A stretch of 64,000 bases of DNA, taken from positions 90,445,184 through 90,509,183 of the forward strand of contig JARDVH010000132.1 of the NCBI GenBank assembly GCA_030324005.1. Direction: 5' to 3'. Origin of the DNA: Negaprion brevirostris (Eukaryota). The position numbers were made by a program, and so were the translations under genes. The notes beneath the pieces were generated by a model. The model ran no database searches. It was not told the DNA's origin and worked only from the letters and a program-made list of their open reading frames with translations. This document shows, piece by piece, positions 35,940 through 49,489 of the stretch. Position 1 is the first letter of the stretch. The number at the start of each line of letters is the position of its first letter.

Positions 35940-37990
35940 CACAAACATTTATTACCTATGCCTAATTGTTCTTGGGAGAAGGTGGTGCTGAGCTGGCTTC
36001 TTGCTGCAGCCCATGAGATGTATAGGTTAGTGAAAGAATTCCAGGATTTTGACCCAGCGATAATGAAGGAATGTTGACGGTGAGTGAATTGGAGGGAAAT
36101 TTCCAGATAGTAGTGGTCATTGATTTGGAAGATACTGCTCAAGTCTTGGTAATTTTACATGGTGCATTTTGTAGATGGCACACACTGCTGTCACTGCGTT
36201 AGTGGTGGAGGGAGTGAATATTTGTGGAAGGAGTAGTAATCAAGGAGGCTGCTTTTTCCTGGATGGTGTCAAGCTTCTCGTCCAGGCAAGTGGAGAGAAT
36301 TCCATTACACTCCTAACTTTGTCTTGTAGATGGTGGACAGGCTTTGGTTATTCAGGAGGTGGGTTAGTCACTGCAGGATTATGATCTTCTGATCTGCTCT
36401 TGTAGCCATAGTATTTACATGGCTAGCCCAGTTCAGTTTCTGGTCAATGGTAACCCCCAGGATATTGATCGTGGGGGATTTAGCAATGGTAATGCCACAG
36501 AACGTCAAGGCGAGATGGCTGATTCTCTCTTGTTGGAAATTGTCATTGCATTGCACTTGTGTGGCGCATGTGTTACTTGCCACTTGTCAGCCCAAGCCTG
36601 AATTTTCCAGGTCATGCTAAATTTGGACATGGACTACTTGAGTATCTAATGAGTCGTGAATGATGCTGAACATTGCGCAGTCATCAGCGAACAACCCCAC
36701 TTATGATGGAGGGAGGGTCACTGATGAAGCAGCTGAAGATGATTGGGCCTAGGATTCCTGCAGTGAAATCCTGGAGCTAAGATGATTGACCTCCAATCAC
36801 CACAATCGTCTTCCTTTGTGCCAGGTAAGACTCCAACCAGCAGAGAGCTTTCCACTTGATTCCCATTGATTCCAGTTTTACTAGGACCCTTTGATGCCAC
36901 ACTTGATCAAATGCTGCCTTGATGTCAAAGGTAGTCACTCTCATCTCCCCTCTGGAATTTGGCTCTTTTGTTCACATTTGAACCAAGACTTTTCTGAGGT
37001 TAGGACCTGAGTGACCCTGTTGGAACCCAAACTCAGTGAAGTGCTGCTTGATAGTGCTGTTGATGTCCTTTTCCATCACTTTACTACTGATTGGGAGTAG
37101 GTGTGGTAATTGGCCCGGTTCGATTTGTCTTGCTTTTTGCATACAGGGTATTCCTGGGCAATTTTCCACATTGCCAGGTAGATGGCAGTGCTGTAGCTGT
37201 ACTGGAACAACTTGGCTTAGGATGTGACTCGATCTGCGCAAGTCTTCAATACTGTTGCCTTTGCAGTCGCCAATGCTTCGGCCATTTCTTGATATCACTT
37301 GGAATGAATTGAATTGCCATCTGTGGTGCTGGGGACTTCCGGAGGAGGGTGAGATGGATCATTCATTTATCACTTCTGGCTGAAGATTTATCATTTATCT
37401 TTTGTACAGATGTGCGGGGCTTTTTCATCATTGAAGATGGAGCCTTCTCCTCCAGTGAGCTACCATTCACATTGGGTGTGGCTGCAGAGGACTGCAGAAA
37501 ATAGATCTGCTAGTTTTGGAATTACTTAGCTCTGACTGTTAACTTGATGATGATGATTGTGTCTGGGAAATTGTCCATGAGGTTTGATTCCAAGAATATG
37601 ACTATGACTGTTGCTTAACTGGTTTGTGAGACAGCCCTCTCAACTTTGGCACAAGTAAGACTTATTTTCCAGTGCTGAGGTCAATGCTGGGTGGGTTCAT
37701 CCACTTTCATTCATTTTCCTTGTGGTTGTTAGATACAACTGAATGTCTTTCTAGGCCGTTTAAGAGTCAACCACATTGCTGTGGATCGGGAGTCACATGT
37801 AGATCTGATCAGGTAAGGTTGGCAGATTTCCTTCTCTAAAAGGCTTCAGTGAACCTGATGGTTTTTACAACAATCAAGAAAGTCATAATTGGTCTTTTAA
37901 TTCTGGATTTTATTGAATTCAAATTTCAGCATTTGCCATGGGGGATTCAAGCCCAAGACCCCAGGACACTTTTGGGTCCATCCACCAAGC
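35940..37990 (-). mobile_element. Long decayed L2/CR1-group LINE (same family as 1-492)
   Basis: RT fragments LLPISSKVME…FGFQQGHS and LTFCGITIAKSPTINILGVTIDQKLNWASHVNTMATRA; family tail at about 35950. Confidence 0.85.
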
Positions 37991-38419
37991 CACCACTTCA
38001 TCACTAATACAGCAAATTTAAACAGTAGGAGAAGTCAACTTTTCAAAGCCCAGTTAATCCCAGTCTTTAAGAGGAGACAAACTTGAAGCCACAAAGTATC
38101 CACTTGAAAGGAGCAAGCAACACAAAAAGTGTAGAACTTCAGAAGAAGATATGCATCCATTATATAAATACTTATTGGGACTATAATAAAGCTTAGCAGC
38201 ATGGCCGAACTAAATTTGCAACTTCTTCTGCTGATGAATACATGTGCCACCATCACACAGGCTGATTTGCTTGATTGAACAAGGCAGAGAAGGAGGAAAT
38301 CCCCAAGCAAGGCTTTAAGAATTCAACCCTTACAGCCGACACCCAACTATGTTTAGGAGAGGGGAGAAAATTAGAAACAGAAACTGGGATATAAAAGTAA
38401 TAATTTTAATTGCATAAAA

Positions 38420-38570
38420 GCCTAAGAAATAGAAGCAGGAGTAGACTATATTGCCATTTGAAAGTGCTCCTCCAACCAATACAATCATGGCTGATCTTCT
38501 GCCTCAGCTCCACTTTCTCACCCTCTCCGCATATCCCATGATTTCCTGAGAGATCAAAAATCTGTCTACC
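38420..38570 (-). mobile_element. CR1 3' tail
   Basis: cctaagaaatagaagcaggagtagac…atcatggctgatc, the reverse complement of a CR1 3' UTR. Confidence 0.7.
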
Positions 38571-38579
38571 TCAGTTGTT

Positions 38580-39010
38580 GCCATAAAGCCTTGTACATAT
38601 CTCTCTGACAGAAAAGGTGTTGGTTATGCCAAGGCCATATGCTAGGTATATCAACAGGATAAATATACCATTGTTGTTGGATTTCTTGACACCTCTCCCC
38701 CTCCCTCACCACCTGCTGATTACACCTCTGCAATGGTCTGTGTCTTTCCCAATTCTGAGGTTGAAGTCACCAAGGAGGATCAGTTTGTCGTCTATTGGGA
38801 ATCGTGCCAAGGATTGTTTGAGGCTGGAGTAAAATTCCTGTTTGGACTCGGCTGTTGCTTCCATTGTTGGGGCATACGCTCCAAGGACTATAACACACTG
38901 ATTTAGGGTTAGAGCAAGCCAAAGGGTCATGAAGCATTCATTTTTCCTGCATGGGGAATCTCTGAAATGACCAACTAGTTTATTTTTCAGAGCAAAGCCA
39001 ACCCTGGAAT
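38580..39010 (-). mobile_element. RTE LINE endonuclease fragment
   Basis: VLGAYAPTMEATAESKQEFYSSLKQSLARFPIDDKLILLGDFNLRIGKD. Confidence 0.85.
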
Positions 39011-39884
39011 CATTTCAAACAGACCTGAAATACTTAAAAATAAAGGTAACAAAACAAGCAGTGCAGCTAGCACAATAATCTGTGAAATAGATGTTTCAGT
39101 ATACAGACTTCCCTCTAATAAAATAACAATTAGACTACAAGTCTTTGCAGCAGTTAATCACAATGCCCAATAAAGCTTGAGGGAAGGAAAAAACTTTACT
39201 GAGAAATATTTAGCCTGTGATGTAACTAGAATAATCCAATTTCACTTGATGAAAAGTGGTGTGCAAAACATTAATCTCAGAGAACAAGTAAAACAAAGTT
39301 CTTGATCAGATGCCTGTAAATTTGGGAAATAACTTTTTTTTAATGAAACTTCTCTTCTCAGTCATCCTGAAACTAAGGCAGGAAACTGCATGGTAATGGA
39401 AACGTCCACTGTGACTGCTTCACATCCGTTAATAGCAGTGTGCTCCTGCATAACTTATCTGAAAATGCAAATTGTTAGAATCACCAGAGGAATGAACTGA
39501 CCTATGAACACCAAACCTACTGCAAAAGTACAGTTCATGTGTTTGATTTCAGTTTCCAAGTACAGCTTTGAGACTGTCCTCGCATTTCAAATGTCATACA
39601 ATTATAGCGAAATTTACAAATTACAAACATCCAGGCCTGGATATTGTATTAGTAATGCTGGTGAAACTGTAAACACTCTCCATCATTGCAGCTGTGAAAC
39701 TGACAAAACCTTCTAGTGTTTGCACATGCACGGCCAAACACGAGAATCCAGAAGTTGCTGTCAACGATTCCCTGCAATTCTACAGAATGTGCTGTTGAAG
39801 ACTTCAACAGCACATTCACAATCACTTGAGTTGACATGAACTTCCATTTTTACGCTATTAATCTCACAGGAAAATCCCTTTAGA

Positions 39885-40195
39885 GTAGCATGGTGGCACA
39901 GTGGTTGGCACTGGTGCCTCACAGAGCCAGGAACATGGGTTCAATTCCTGGCTTGGGTCAACATCTGTGCAGAGTCTGCACGTTCTCCCCGTGTCTGCAT
40001 GGGTTTCCTTCAGGTGCTCCGGTTTCCTTCCACAGTCCAAAAGATGTGCTGGTTAGGCACACTGGTCATGTTAAATTCTGCCTCAACGTACCCAAATAGT
40101 TGCTGGAGTGTGGCCACAAGGGGATTTTCACAGCAACTTCATTGCCATGATAATGTAACCTATTTGTGGCATGAATAAGTAAATTTTAAAACTTG
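39885..40195 (+). mobile_element. V-SINE (HE1-like)
   Basis: gcatggtggcacagtggttggcactggtgcctcacagagccagg…gggttcaattcctggc, V domain, family tail. Confidence 0.9.
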
Positions 40196-41447
40196 AAAAA
40201 GTTATGCCTTGTTGAATGAAGTGTAACCAAGTTTTTACTGATGCATTAAGTTCATAATTCCACTCTGGCCATGCAGATCTATTTTAACATTTGTGGAATG
40301 TTAAAATTTCTCCACTTAAAAACAAATTCAATAGATTCATATTTTTAAAAAGTTTCTCCATGCTATTTCAACTTCAATCTTAAAGTGTATGTTTCAATCT
40401 TTGTTTTGTTGTCCGCAAAATTAGTTTAAAAAGTGAAGGCTAATCAATGGTTTTTAACTTCCTAACTTGTTGTATGCGAGAAATCTTAAATGTAATTGGG
40501 TGTTTATTCTGTTTTACTAACAATGGTTTCTCAGAGTTAAATACAAAGTGAACGTTACAGTAGGAACACAGGAAACCCAAGCAAACAGAAGTTGTAGATT
40601 TCTAGAAACAGCCACCAAGAGCGTGTTCTGTTACAAGTCTGGAAAAATTGATTGCACTTATTGTGAAATTCCCCTTAAATTTAATTCCCAGGATGATCAA
40701 TCTAAAATGCCCCTTGTTTCGCTGAGCTAGAACAGAATGTGCTCACTGTCCTGCTGTATGTTTTTCAAACCAATCAATCGCTTAATCAGGCCAAGTTTCG
40801 GGATTTCTCTCTCACTGTATCTTTGCTGAAATGTTACATTCTCCAATCCCAACTTGATACGGATACTGGATTCAATCTATCCAGGATAAAGATTGTGATG
40901 GGAGCAGACTGCCCATCACATAACATTTGTGTTAAATTCTTTTGGTTGATGTGATTGAGATGGAAGTTAACTCAACTTAATAGAATTGCCTCAGAAAGTT
41001 ATATTTATTTTCAAAGGTCTCTCAATTTTGATTTCTACAGTAAACAACACAGGAGACATTGGCAGTTTCATAAGCCAAAGATGCACTATCTCGTTCAGCT
41101 AGTTTCCTCAGTATGATTGCTGGCAGGAGTTATGCAAAAGCTAATTTCATCAGAAACAATCCAATGCTTTTGAAATTTCAATGTGTACAAGTATTATGTC
41201 TACTGAATCTCAGTAATTCAAAATAATCACAAAATGCACACAAAATGTTGGGACTTTCTTCGGATTTATCACACCATGTGTGCTAAGGATTGAGACATTA
41301 TTTGTCCCATACACAGACTGACATGAAGTATTGAATGTCCTGGCACTTTGGATACTTGTGTTGCTTTGATCCCATAAGAATCCATAAACCAGAAGATCCA
41401 GATTTACCGAAAAACACCCAAATGAACAAATTATCAAACATGAATTC

Positions 41448-41664
41448 ATAGAATCACAGAATCCTTACAGTACAGAGAGAAGCCATTCAGCCCATCGAGT
41501 CTGCACCGATCACAATCCCACCCAGGAATTACCCCTATATTCTTACATCCACTAATCCCTGTAACCTACACATCTCAGGACATTAAGGGCAATTTTAGCA
41601 TGACCAATCAACCTAACCTGCACATCTTTGGACTGTGGGAGGAAACCGGAGCACCCGGAGGAAA
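41448..41664 (-). mobile_element. V-SINE with CR1-type tail (head in N gap)
   Basis: catagaatcacagaatcc…cagcccatcgagtctgcacc and cctaacctgcacatctttggactgtgggaggaaaccggagcacccggagg. Confidence 0.85.
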
Positions 41665-41999
41665 NNNNNNNNNNNNNNNNNNNNNNNNNNNNNNNNNNNN
41701 NNNNNNNNNNNNNNNNNNNNNNNNNNNNNNNNNNNNNNNNNNNNNNNNNNNNNNNNNNNNNNNNATGAACTATAAATTACACAGGGAATAGGCCATTGTA
41801 CTTTACAAATCCCCACGAGTGGGAAGAAGAAAGGAGAACAGTAAGGGTATGTGAGCTTGGATGTCCTAGGCCTCCTCAGTCACCGTGGACCCCTTTCCAC
41901 TTGATCAGGATTTGGCTCTGTTCAGCCTGTGTGGGAGCTGGAGCACTATGGCCATTCCACATTAACAGAACTCACGCAAAGGCACCTTTCACTGCTTAA

Positions 42000-42290
42000 A
42001 ATTAAATTTTGGACCTGGAACATCAGGATCCTCATGGACAAGCCCAACTACGGCAGACTGGAATGTTGTTCTGCTATTGTTGCCTGAGAGCTCAAGCACG
42101 ATGCTGCGATACTACACAGCAGTCTGTAGAGACTTGGCCAGGACACTCCAGCCACTCCACTCCTCTAACCAATGTCTGCTCCACCTGTGACAGAGACTGT
42201 AGCTCGTGCATTGGACTCCTCAGTCACACGGGAGCACATTTGTATTGTAGAAGCAAGTCATCCTTGACTCCAAGGGACTGCCTCACTTTT
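42000..42290 (+). mobile_element. RTE LINE 3' end
   Basis: TNVCSTCDRDCSSCIGLLSHT, plus tail gaagcaagtcatcc…agggactgcct shared with 25010-25045. Confidence 0.7.
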
Positions 42291-43559
42291 ATAAGTCCCC
42301 TTGAAACATTTTGGAAAACAATTACTGATACCCCAAATGTTTTGAGGTGATTATAAATTTTCTTTACTGTTACTGCTTCCAGGACAAATTCCATTACAAT
42401 GTATACATATGCACGCACATGTAATTCCTAAACTATATTGGGATAAGGTAACAATATAGCAGGAAGGTTGCCAGTTGTGAGAGAAATGAAAGCATATTGC
42501 TCAGATTGCAGAGCCATCATCAGAGCTTTATCCCATTGATATTTCCAGCAAGTGTTATTTTATGTCCTGACCAAGCTACTTTCCACTTCTAATGCAAGAA
42601 AATCCTCTTGACGAAAGCAAAGTGGAACCCTACGAAGTAGAGGGAGCAAGACTGGAATGGTGACCAAGAGAAAGAATATGTCAGCTGCTTGAGTAGTAGA
42701 AATGATAGCATTTCTGACAATTATTACAAAGCAGTGCAATGGGTTTTTAACTCTTGGGAGGCCAGTCAGCCAATCAGACCAACCACCAATCCTCCCAGTG
42801 GCAGTCTTGGTCCATTTCAAAAGTTGGGCCTGGCTATTGTGCCTGGCATGCTACAAGTACATAATGGGTTTCCCACATTTCTTTGACACCTGACCACTGC
42901 AATATTGAACACCACAGAGGATGACTGGCCTGCAGGAAGGTGGCTCAGTGCAGATGGGAGAAGGAACTCAAGAATGCTCAAAAATAATTTCCACTTCTAT
43001 TTTTAAGATCTCAGTCTCTTCCTCACCAAATACAGAATTTTCAGACTGCATGCGCTATCCAGATGTCCTGCAAGACTGCATCGTAAGACTTTGATTTTCA
43101 TACAGTACTGATTCAGGATATGTGCTGGGCCATCTGGCAGAAGACCACAATAAATTTAGTGGTAGGACAGGAAGTTATTTAAAATAATCTGCCATACCAT
43201 TTCTGTCAGGTGGGCCAAGTTAAAATAAACCCTTTATCTGGACAAGCATTAAAAGATTTTTGTTACTTTGACTCAGAAGTACAGGTTTAGCAGAACTTCA
43301 TTACAGACCCAGAATTCTTTGTTTTGGAGGTACATAGAGAATAAAATCAGTGCAAATGCAATTTGTTCCCAATGGTCTGCATAAGTATGTAGCTGAGCGG
43401 CAGCATAGTAGGTACGATGTAGGCTTTGTTCTATGTAAAATACAGTGCGTGTACATCACTTAAAAAATGTAAAAGGCACTGCACATTGAAAATATATGAC
43501 TGAGAATGACAGCATTTTAGAGAGATCAATGATTGTGGTGAATTTAATGGAAAACAATT

Positions 43560-44540
43560 ACATCACAGAATTATTACAGCACAAAAGGAGGCCATTTGGC
43601 CTATCATGTCTGTGCTAGCTCTCTGAATGATCATTGCACATAATACCATTCCCCCACCTTCTCCCCATAACCCTGTACCTTCTTCCTTTTCAGATAGTTC
43701 CCTCGTGAATCCTTCGTTTGAACCAGCCTCTACCAACACATTTCAGATTTTAAATATTTACTGTGTGAAAGCTTCTCCTAATGTCTGCATTGCCTTTTTT
43801 CCTAATTAACTTAAATTTTTGCCCTCTCTCGCTTCTCGACCAATGAAGAGGTTTTTCCCTACCTACTTTCATGACCCTTTATGATTTTGAATGCCTCTAT
43901 TAAATCTTCTCTCAACCNNNNNNNNNNNNNNNNNNNNNNNNNNNNNNNNNNNNNNNNNNNNNNNNNNNNNNNNNNNNNNNNNNNNNNNNNNNNNNNNNNN
44001 NNNNNNNNNNNNNNNNNNNNNNNNNNNNNNNNNNNNNNNNNNNNNNNNNNNNNNNNNNNNNNNNNNNNNNNNNNNNNNNNNNNNNNNNNNNNNNNNNNNN
44101 NNNNNNNNNNNNNNNNNNNNNNNNNNNNNNNNNNNNNNNNNNNNNNNNNNNNNNNNNNNNNNNNNNNNNNNNNNNNNNNNNNNNNNNNNNNNNNNNNNNN
44201 NNNNNNNNNNNNNNNNNNNNNNNNNNNNNNNNNNNNNNNNNNNNNNNNNNNNNNNNNNNNNNNNNNNNNNNNNNNNNNNNNNNNNNNNNNNNNNNNNNNN
44301 NNNNNNNNNNNNNNNNNNNNNNNNNNNNNNNNNNNNNNNNNNNNNNNNNNNNNNNNNNNNNNNNNNNNNNNNNNNNNNNNNNNNNNNNNNNNNNNNNNNN
44401 NNNNNNNNNNNNNNNNNNNNNNNNNNNNNNNNNNNNNNNNNNNNNNNNNNNNNNNNNNGTCTGCTCTATCAAGCCATTCCCCTCAAGATGCCTCGTTATT
44501 TCCTCCTTGATGACGGATTCTAACATTTTACCTACTGATG
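43560..44540 (-). mobile_element. CR1 LINE fragment (mostly N gap)
   Basis: CR1 tail at about 43560-43620; SVGKMLESVIKEEITRHLEGNGLIEQ at 44460-44540. Confidence 0.75.
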
Positions 44541-44874
44541 CACATGTACACTCAGATATCCCTGCTCTTGCACCCCCTTTAGAATTGGAATGTGTTGAAT
44601 TGGAAAACACAGCAAAACAGGTGCAGTAAACATGATTCGCAATTATCCCAAATCTGTTGGATGTAATGCAGGCAACATGCTACCTTCATGCCTCTGCTCA
44701 TTTTCATGAATTCTGCACACATCAACAGGAGCCCAAAACCATAATTTCCCAGCTCTGCTCAAATCCTGCCTCCACTGCTTAAAGCTATTCTGCACCTCCT
44801 GCAGTGATGTATTGTGGAAGCAATGGGAGTCTTGTGAGCTGAATCTGAATCTGGGAAAGAATGAAGAATAACCA

Positions 44875-45100
44875 AACATGAGACAGAAAATACACACAGA
44901 TTTTCCGACACTGCATTGGATGTTTTGGTAGAGGTGTTGGAAAGGAGGAAGTTATCCCATACCTGCAGATGGTCAGGAGGATCTTCAGATACATGTAAAA
45001 AGATATTAGGAGCTGATAGTCAGAGAGGGCAATGCCAGAAATTTAGCTCCAAGAACATAAAGATATCTAAAGTTCAATAATCTCACATAAATGGTCAAGT
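44875..45100 (+). mobile_element. Harbinger-associated Myb/SANT-like DNA-binding ORF relic
   Basis: RFSDTALDVLVEVLERR…ELIVREGNARNLAPRT*…KFNNLT*MVK resembles the RFSD..LEVLVEEV…W..VA..VNA…RT..QCRKKFNDL trihelix/Myb motif. Confidence 0.65.
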
Positions 45101-45179
45101 TCAAATTTCATATCCAATCAACTGCACCAGTAGCTTCAGTTGTTGCTCAAATCACCATACCCCCCACTACCCCAAACTA

Positions 45180-45570
45180 TTTTTTTATTCATTCACAGGA
45201 CATGGACATCGTTGGTTGGGCCAGGGTTTATTGCCCACCTCTAATTCCCATTGAGAAGATGGTTGTGAGCTGCCTTCTTCACTGCTGCAGTCCAGATGGT
45301 GTAGATATGCCCAAGATGCTGTTAGAAAGGGAGTTCTTGCACTTCGACCCAGTGACTGTGAAAGAACGGTGATAAATTTCCATTTCAGGATGGTGTGTGG
45401 CTTGGAGGGAAGCTATGCAGGTGGTATTCCCATGCATCTGATGCCCTTGTCTTTCTAGGTAGTAGACATAAGATTGTCAAGGCGCCAGTGAAGGAAACTT
45501 GGTGAGTTGCTGCAGTGCATCTCGAAGGTTAAACGCATTGTTGTCACTGTGCATCAGTGGTAGGAGTGAA
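45180..45570 (-). mobile_element. 3' end of the L2/CR1-group LINE family of 1-492
   Basis: ttttttattcattcacaggacatggacatcgttggttgggccagggtttattgccc, the reverse complement of the family tail. Confidence 0.8.
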
Positions 45571-45686
45571 CTTTTAATGTTTCATAGTTTCAGTGCTTTA
45601 ATGGTCTGCTTGAGCATCACGTCACTTTTCTTGTAGCAGCTCAGTGTTCATTGTAGGCATGTTAAGTACAAGTTTGCAGACTGCAA

Positions 45687-46518
45687 ATCAGCTTCATGAG
45701 CCACTTTGTCAGTCGATAGCCCTTATTGCCAAGTTAGCATGCATTGGTTTGCTACAGTAGCTGAAATATATCTGGCACAGCAGACTGGACTAGCAATCTG
45801 GAGACAGGATGACCAGGAGAGGGAGGGAAGTCGTGATGTGGAGGTGAATGGTGGCTTGCAGCAGTCTGTGGTTTTGGCGTGGAGCCACGAGGTGCAATGC
45901 TGCACTCGCAGCTCCACAATTAGGTATGTATGTTTAAAATCTTGGATCATTCCTGCTGCCTGGTATTCTCAAATACAGTGAATGCATCAGTAAGTAGGGT
46001 TTCAGACAAGTATTGTGCCCATGATTTGCATATTCAGAAGACTTAACACCTGACTTAGACATGGGTCTGAGATGTCTTTGTTGATGCCTGAACCAATATG
46101 GGGCAGGTGATTCACTTAGAACTCAGAATATACTTGTCTGCCATTTTGGATAGTTTTGAGCCTCTATTTAAGGCAAGGCATCATTGAGTTTCATGTTCAT
46201 AATTTGCACCTGAAATGTAGAACTAATGATGCTCTTTTTCAAAAATAGTGGAAGTGAAATATATAGCAGTATAGCTTCTCATTTTCAGCTAGGTAGAAAC
46301 ACTAGCCACAAAATCACTTTCTCAGCTAGTTCAAATGCCCTCATCAATACTGATTTGTCAGTCAGAAAATCTGTATTGTCATCTAACATCAGATTCATGA
46401 GCCACTTTGTCAGTGGATAGCCCTTATCGCCAAGTTAGCATGTGTTGGTTTGCTGTGGTAGCTGAAATACATCTGGCACAGCAGACTGGCACAGAACTGG
46501 GCGAGTGATCTGGAGACA
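45687..46518 (+). repeat. Dispersed direct duplication of about 120 bp (45687-45806 and 46388-46518)
   Basis: ttcatgagccactttgtcagt…gatagcccttat…gccaagttagcatg…agctgaaata…atctggcacagcagactgg…atctggagaca present in both copies. Confidence 0.9.
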
Positions 46519-46519
46519 A

Positions 46520-47567
46520 GGGCCATGATTCTCCCATCACGACCCGTAACTTTTCTGGCGGGTCAAGGTGGGAGATTCGCTTCACTGGCCTTGTTTTGGG
46601 ATTTAAGCACGCACTGGGAATGCATGCACATCTCCCAGTGCCGGCAAATAGTTGCTGGTCAGACCATGCTGGAAACCGGTGAGAAGGCAGATAAGTAATT
46701 TGAATCTTTTTAAAATGTATTTTAAATATGTTTATCCAGTCATTATCGGGAACTTTCAGGTCCTAATCAAATCTCCCATCCTGCCAGAAGTACTTAATTC
46801 CAGCGGGGTTCCCACATTCGGGGAATTAGAGTGGAGGCCCCAGTGGAATGAGGGGGGCAATCGGGGCCCCCCAGGGGGTCGGGTGGCAGTGGGGATGGTG
46901 CCCTTTGTGTGTGGGCATGCTGGCAGTGTCAGCCTGTGCCCCTTACCTCTGCCCAAGGTGCAAAGTGCTCATGTCAAAGGGCACCTTGGCAGTGCCCACT
47001 GAGCACTGGGCAGTGCCAAGGGGGTGGGGCTACTGTGGGCAGGGCCTATGGGACAATCAGTGGGGATGGGTTGTCCCGCTGCCACTCTGCAGACAGGAAT
47101 GGTCTGGGATGGAGCGAGGGCAGCAATTGGAGCGGGCTGGGAGCAGGTGAACTGCCAGATGAGGCCAGCCTCCCAGGGGAGGGGGGATGCTGACTCTGTT
47201 GNNNNNNNNNNNNNNNNNNNNNNNNNNNNNNNNNNNNNNNNNNNNNNNNNNNNNNNNNNNNNNNNNNNNNNNNNNNNNNNNNNNNNNNNNNNNNNNNNNN
47301 NNNNNNNNNNNNNNNNNNNNNNNNNNNNNNNNNNNNNNNNNNNNNNNNNNNNNNNNNNNNNNNNNNNACTGCGCATGCGCAGAGTTCCAGAATTGTCAGA
47401 CTCCGGCACGAATAGGCCCCACCCCCTGCGTTTTTAATGATATTCACGACTGGGACTTCTGCAGTGCACAGGGTGCAGAGATTCAGGTGAGAAACTGAAT
47501 TGACAAAATAGTCGGGATCCAGAAAAGTTTTCCCGCCAATTCAGTGCTTTTGGGAGAATCACGGCCA
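46520..47567. mobile_element. About 1.05-kb non-autonomous DNA transposon (Harbinger-type MITE)
   Basis: TIRs ggccatgattctccca (46521) and tgggagaatcacggcc (47551-47566), 15/16 match; right flank tta; GC-rich interior related to 54130-54950. Confidence 0.75.
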
Positions 47568-49489
47568 TTATTTCCAAACAATGATATAATTACTATAAAC
47601 AGATCGATTTAAGTGTTAAAATGGAATGATTGCATCACTGGTAGTCCTCAGTTACAGATTAATCTTGAGAATCTGGCAAGCTGCCAGTCTATGTAACTTT
47701 CTAGGAAACCTGTTTTTTTAGTGTTTAGAAAGCACCTTTTTGGGAAGAAACTTTAGTAGTCTGCATCTCCTGTTTCTGTAGGAAGGGAGGTTTTGCTGTT
47801 ATCTAAGGGCAATGTGCCATCAGCTTGATTAAGACCTTCTGCTACAATAAAGAATGCTGCAATATTCTTGATCTGCAAGTGGGGAAAGGTTTGCCAAGGG
47901 GAATATGGATAAAAGCTCTCCCACTGGACAATTTGTTATTTTATGCATGTGGTTTCGTGGCGTAAGTAAGTATTACCCCTACAGGCTTGATTCCTAGTGT
48001 AGGCACCAGGTTCAGAGGCCACCCGAGATGTATTAGGACTCTTTAGTTTTATGCTGTGTATGCTTGGTGTCAATTTACTGGAAGGAAATGGCTGAAACTC
48101 TGTATATCATGGACAACACCAAGGGCAATTAGGGATGGGTAATAAATGCTAGCCTAGCCAATGATGCCCATATTCCCACAAATTAATAAAAAAACGTGAA
48201 TAGAGAAAGAGTTCATAATGCACAAATCAAACCATCACATTCGCAATAAACCCAGATTCTAAATACACCTGATTTATGAAAAAGGAAAATGAAGTGTTAA
48301 GTTTGGGCAAATTCAACCTCAGCCTGACTGCTTTTTTGCTGATACTTCCCAGAGGTTAGTCATTTGGTAAACGTTTTCTTATCCAAAAGTAATGCCATAG
48401 ATTATCAGGTTACTGAGGGTGAAAACTCTTGATAACATTGTTGGAAAATATCTCATGTTTATAGTGTTAAATTTATATTTGTTGGCAGATCCAAAACCAG
48501 TTTAGACTGCCAAAATCTACACACTTCATCCAAGGCTAATTCCCTAATCACTAGGTCACGACTGTATTACTTACATGCCATGCAAAGTTCAATTTAATCA
48601 GTGATTAAAATAATGAAATAAATTAGCAAGAAGTTTGAGGGTAGAAAAAAAGAACAAGATTTTTTATTCATTTGAGTTGAAAAACCTCAAGAAGGTGAAT
48701 TTATTAAAAGATCAAATTAAAAATCTTGATCCAGAGTTTTGCCTTCTAATCCCAGCATAAATCCCATCAAATGTGATATCTGAGCCAAAAGAAAACTAGT
48801 ATCCAACTGCTTTAGTTTGAATAATGCTGCTAGTATAAAGAAACATGCACTGAAATGGCCAGAAAAAAATGTAAATGAGAAGTCTTTGTCATTTGGTTTT
48901 AATGCCACAGAATGCTTTGGACAGAGAGAAATTCTCTCACGAATGAAATCACAAAGTGGCACCCAGTCTCTTATTTAGCTTATAGCAGAAAAAGATGAGA
49001 ACCTATGCAGAATTTCAGGGTCACCATTATGGTACTGCCTAGCTGTTCTCTTCTTCAAAACACTTTCTTCCATTTGGAATAAACTACCTTCGCTACCTCA
49101 AGATCATGGGATGAAGACTCAAGCATATCTGCTGCATAACTAGTTCAGTGATCCGTTGACAAATTTGATTGTGCTTTACCAAGCACTAGTGGCTGTCACA
49201 GATAGTAGAGAAACAGGAAAATTGAACTTGTTTCCTCTCACCACTTGCCCGTAATCTAGTGTTCTGAACTATTTTTAAAGTATGTGGAGGCATTTTTTTC
49301 CAAATCCTCAGTTTATGTGATCCAATTTACTAATAAAGAGCAGCAAACCCACATTATGATTAACTCAGAAGGTTAGTTTATTTCACTGGAGTGTTCAAAA
49401 GTTTGCACTCTACTACACACATGCATGCACAGACACACACTAAAGGAGAGGATATTAGTTGACATAATATTAAAAGTCCAGAGTCAGAG

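Noticed and set aside
40660-41260. Three NF-kB-like sites (gaaattcccc, gggatttctc, gggactttct)
   Set aside because: Each mismatches the consensus, and the spacing is compatible with chance.
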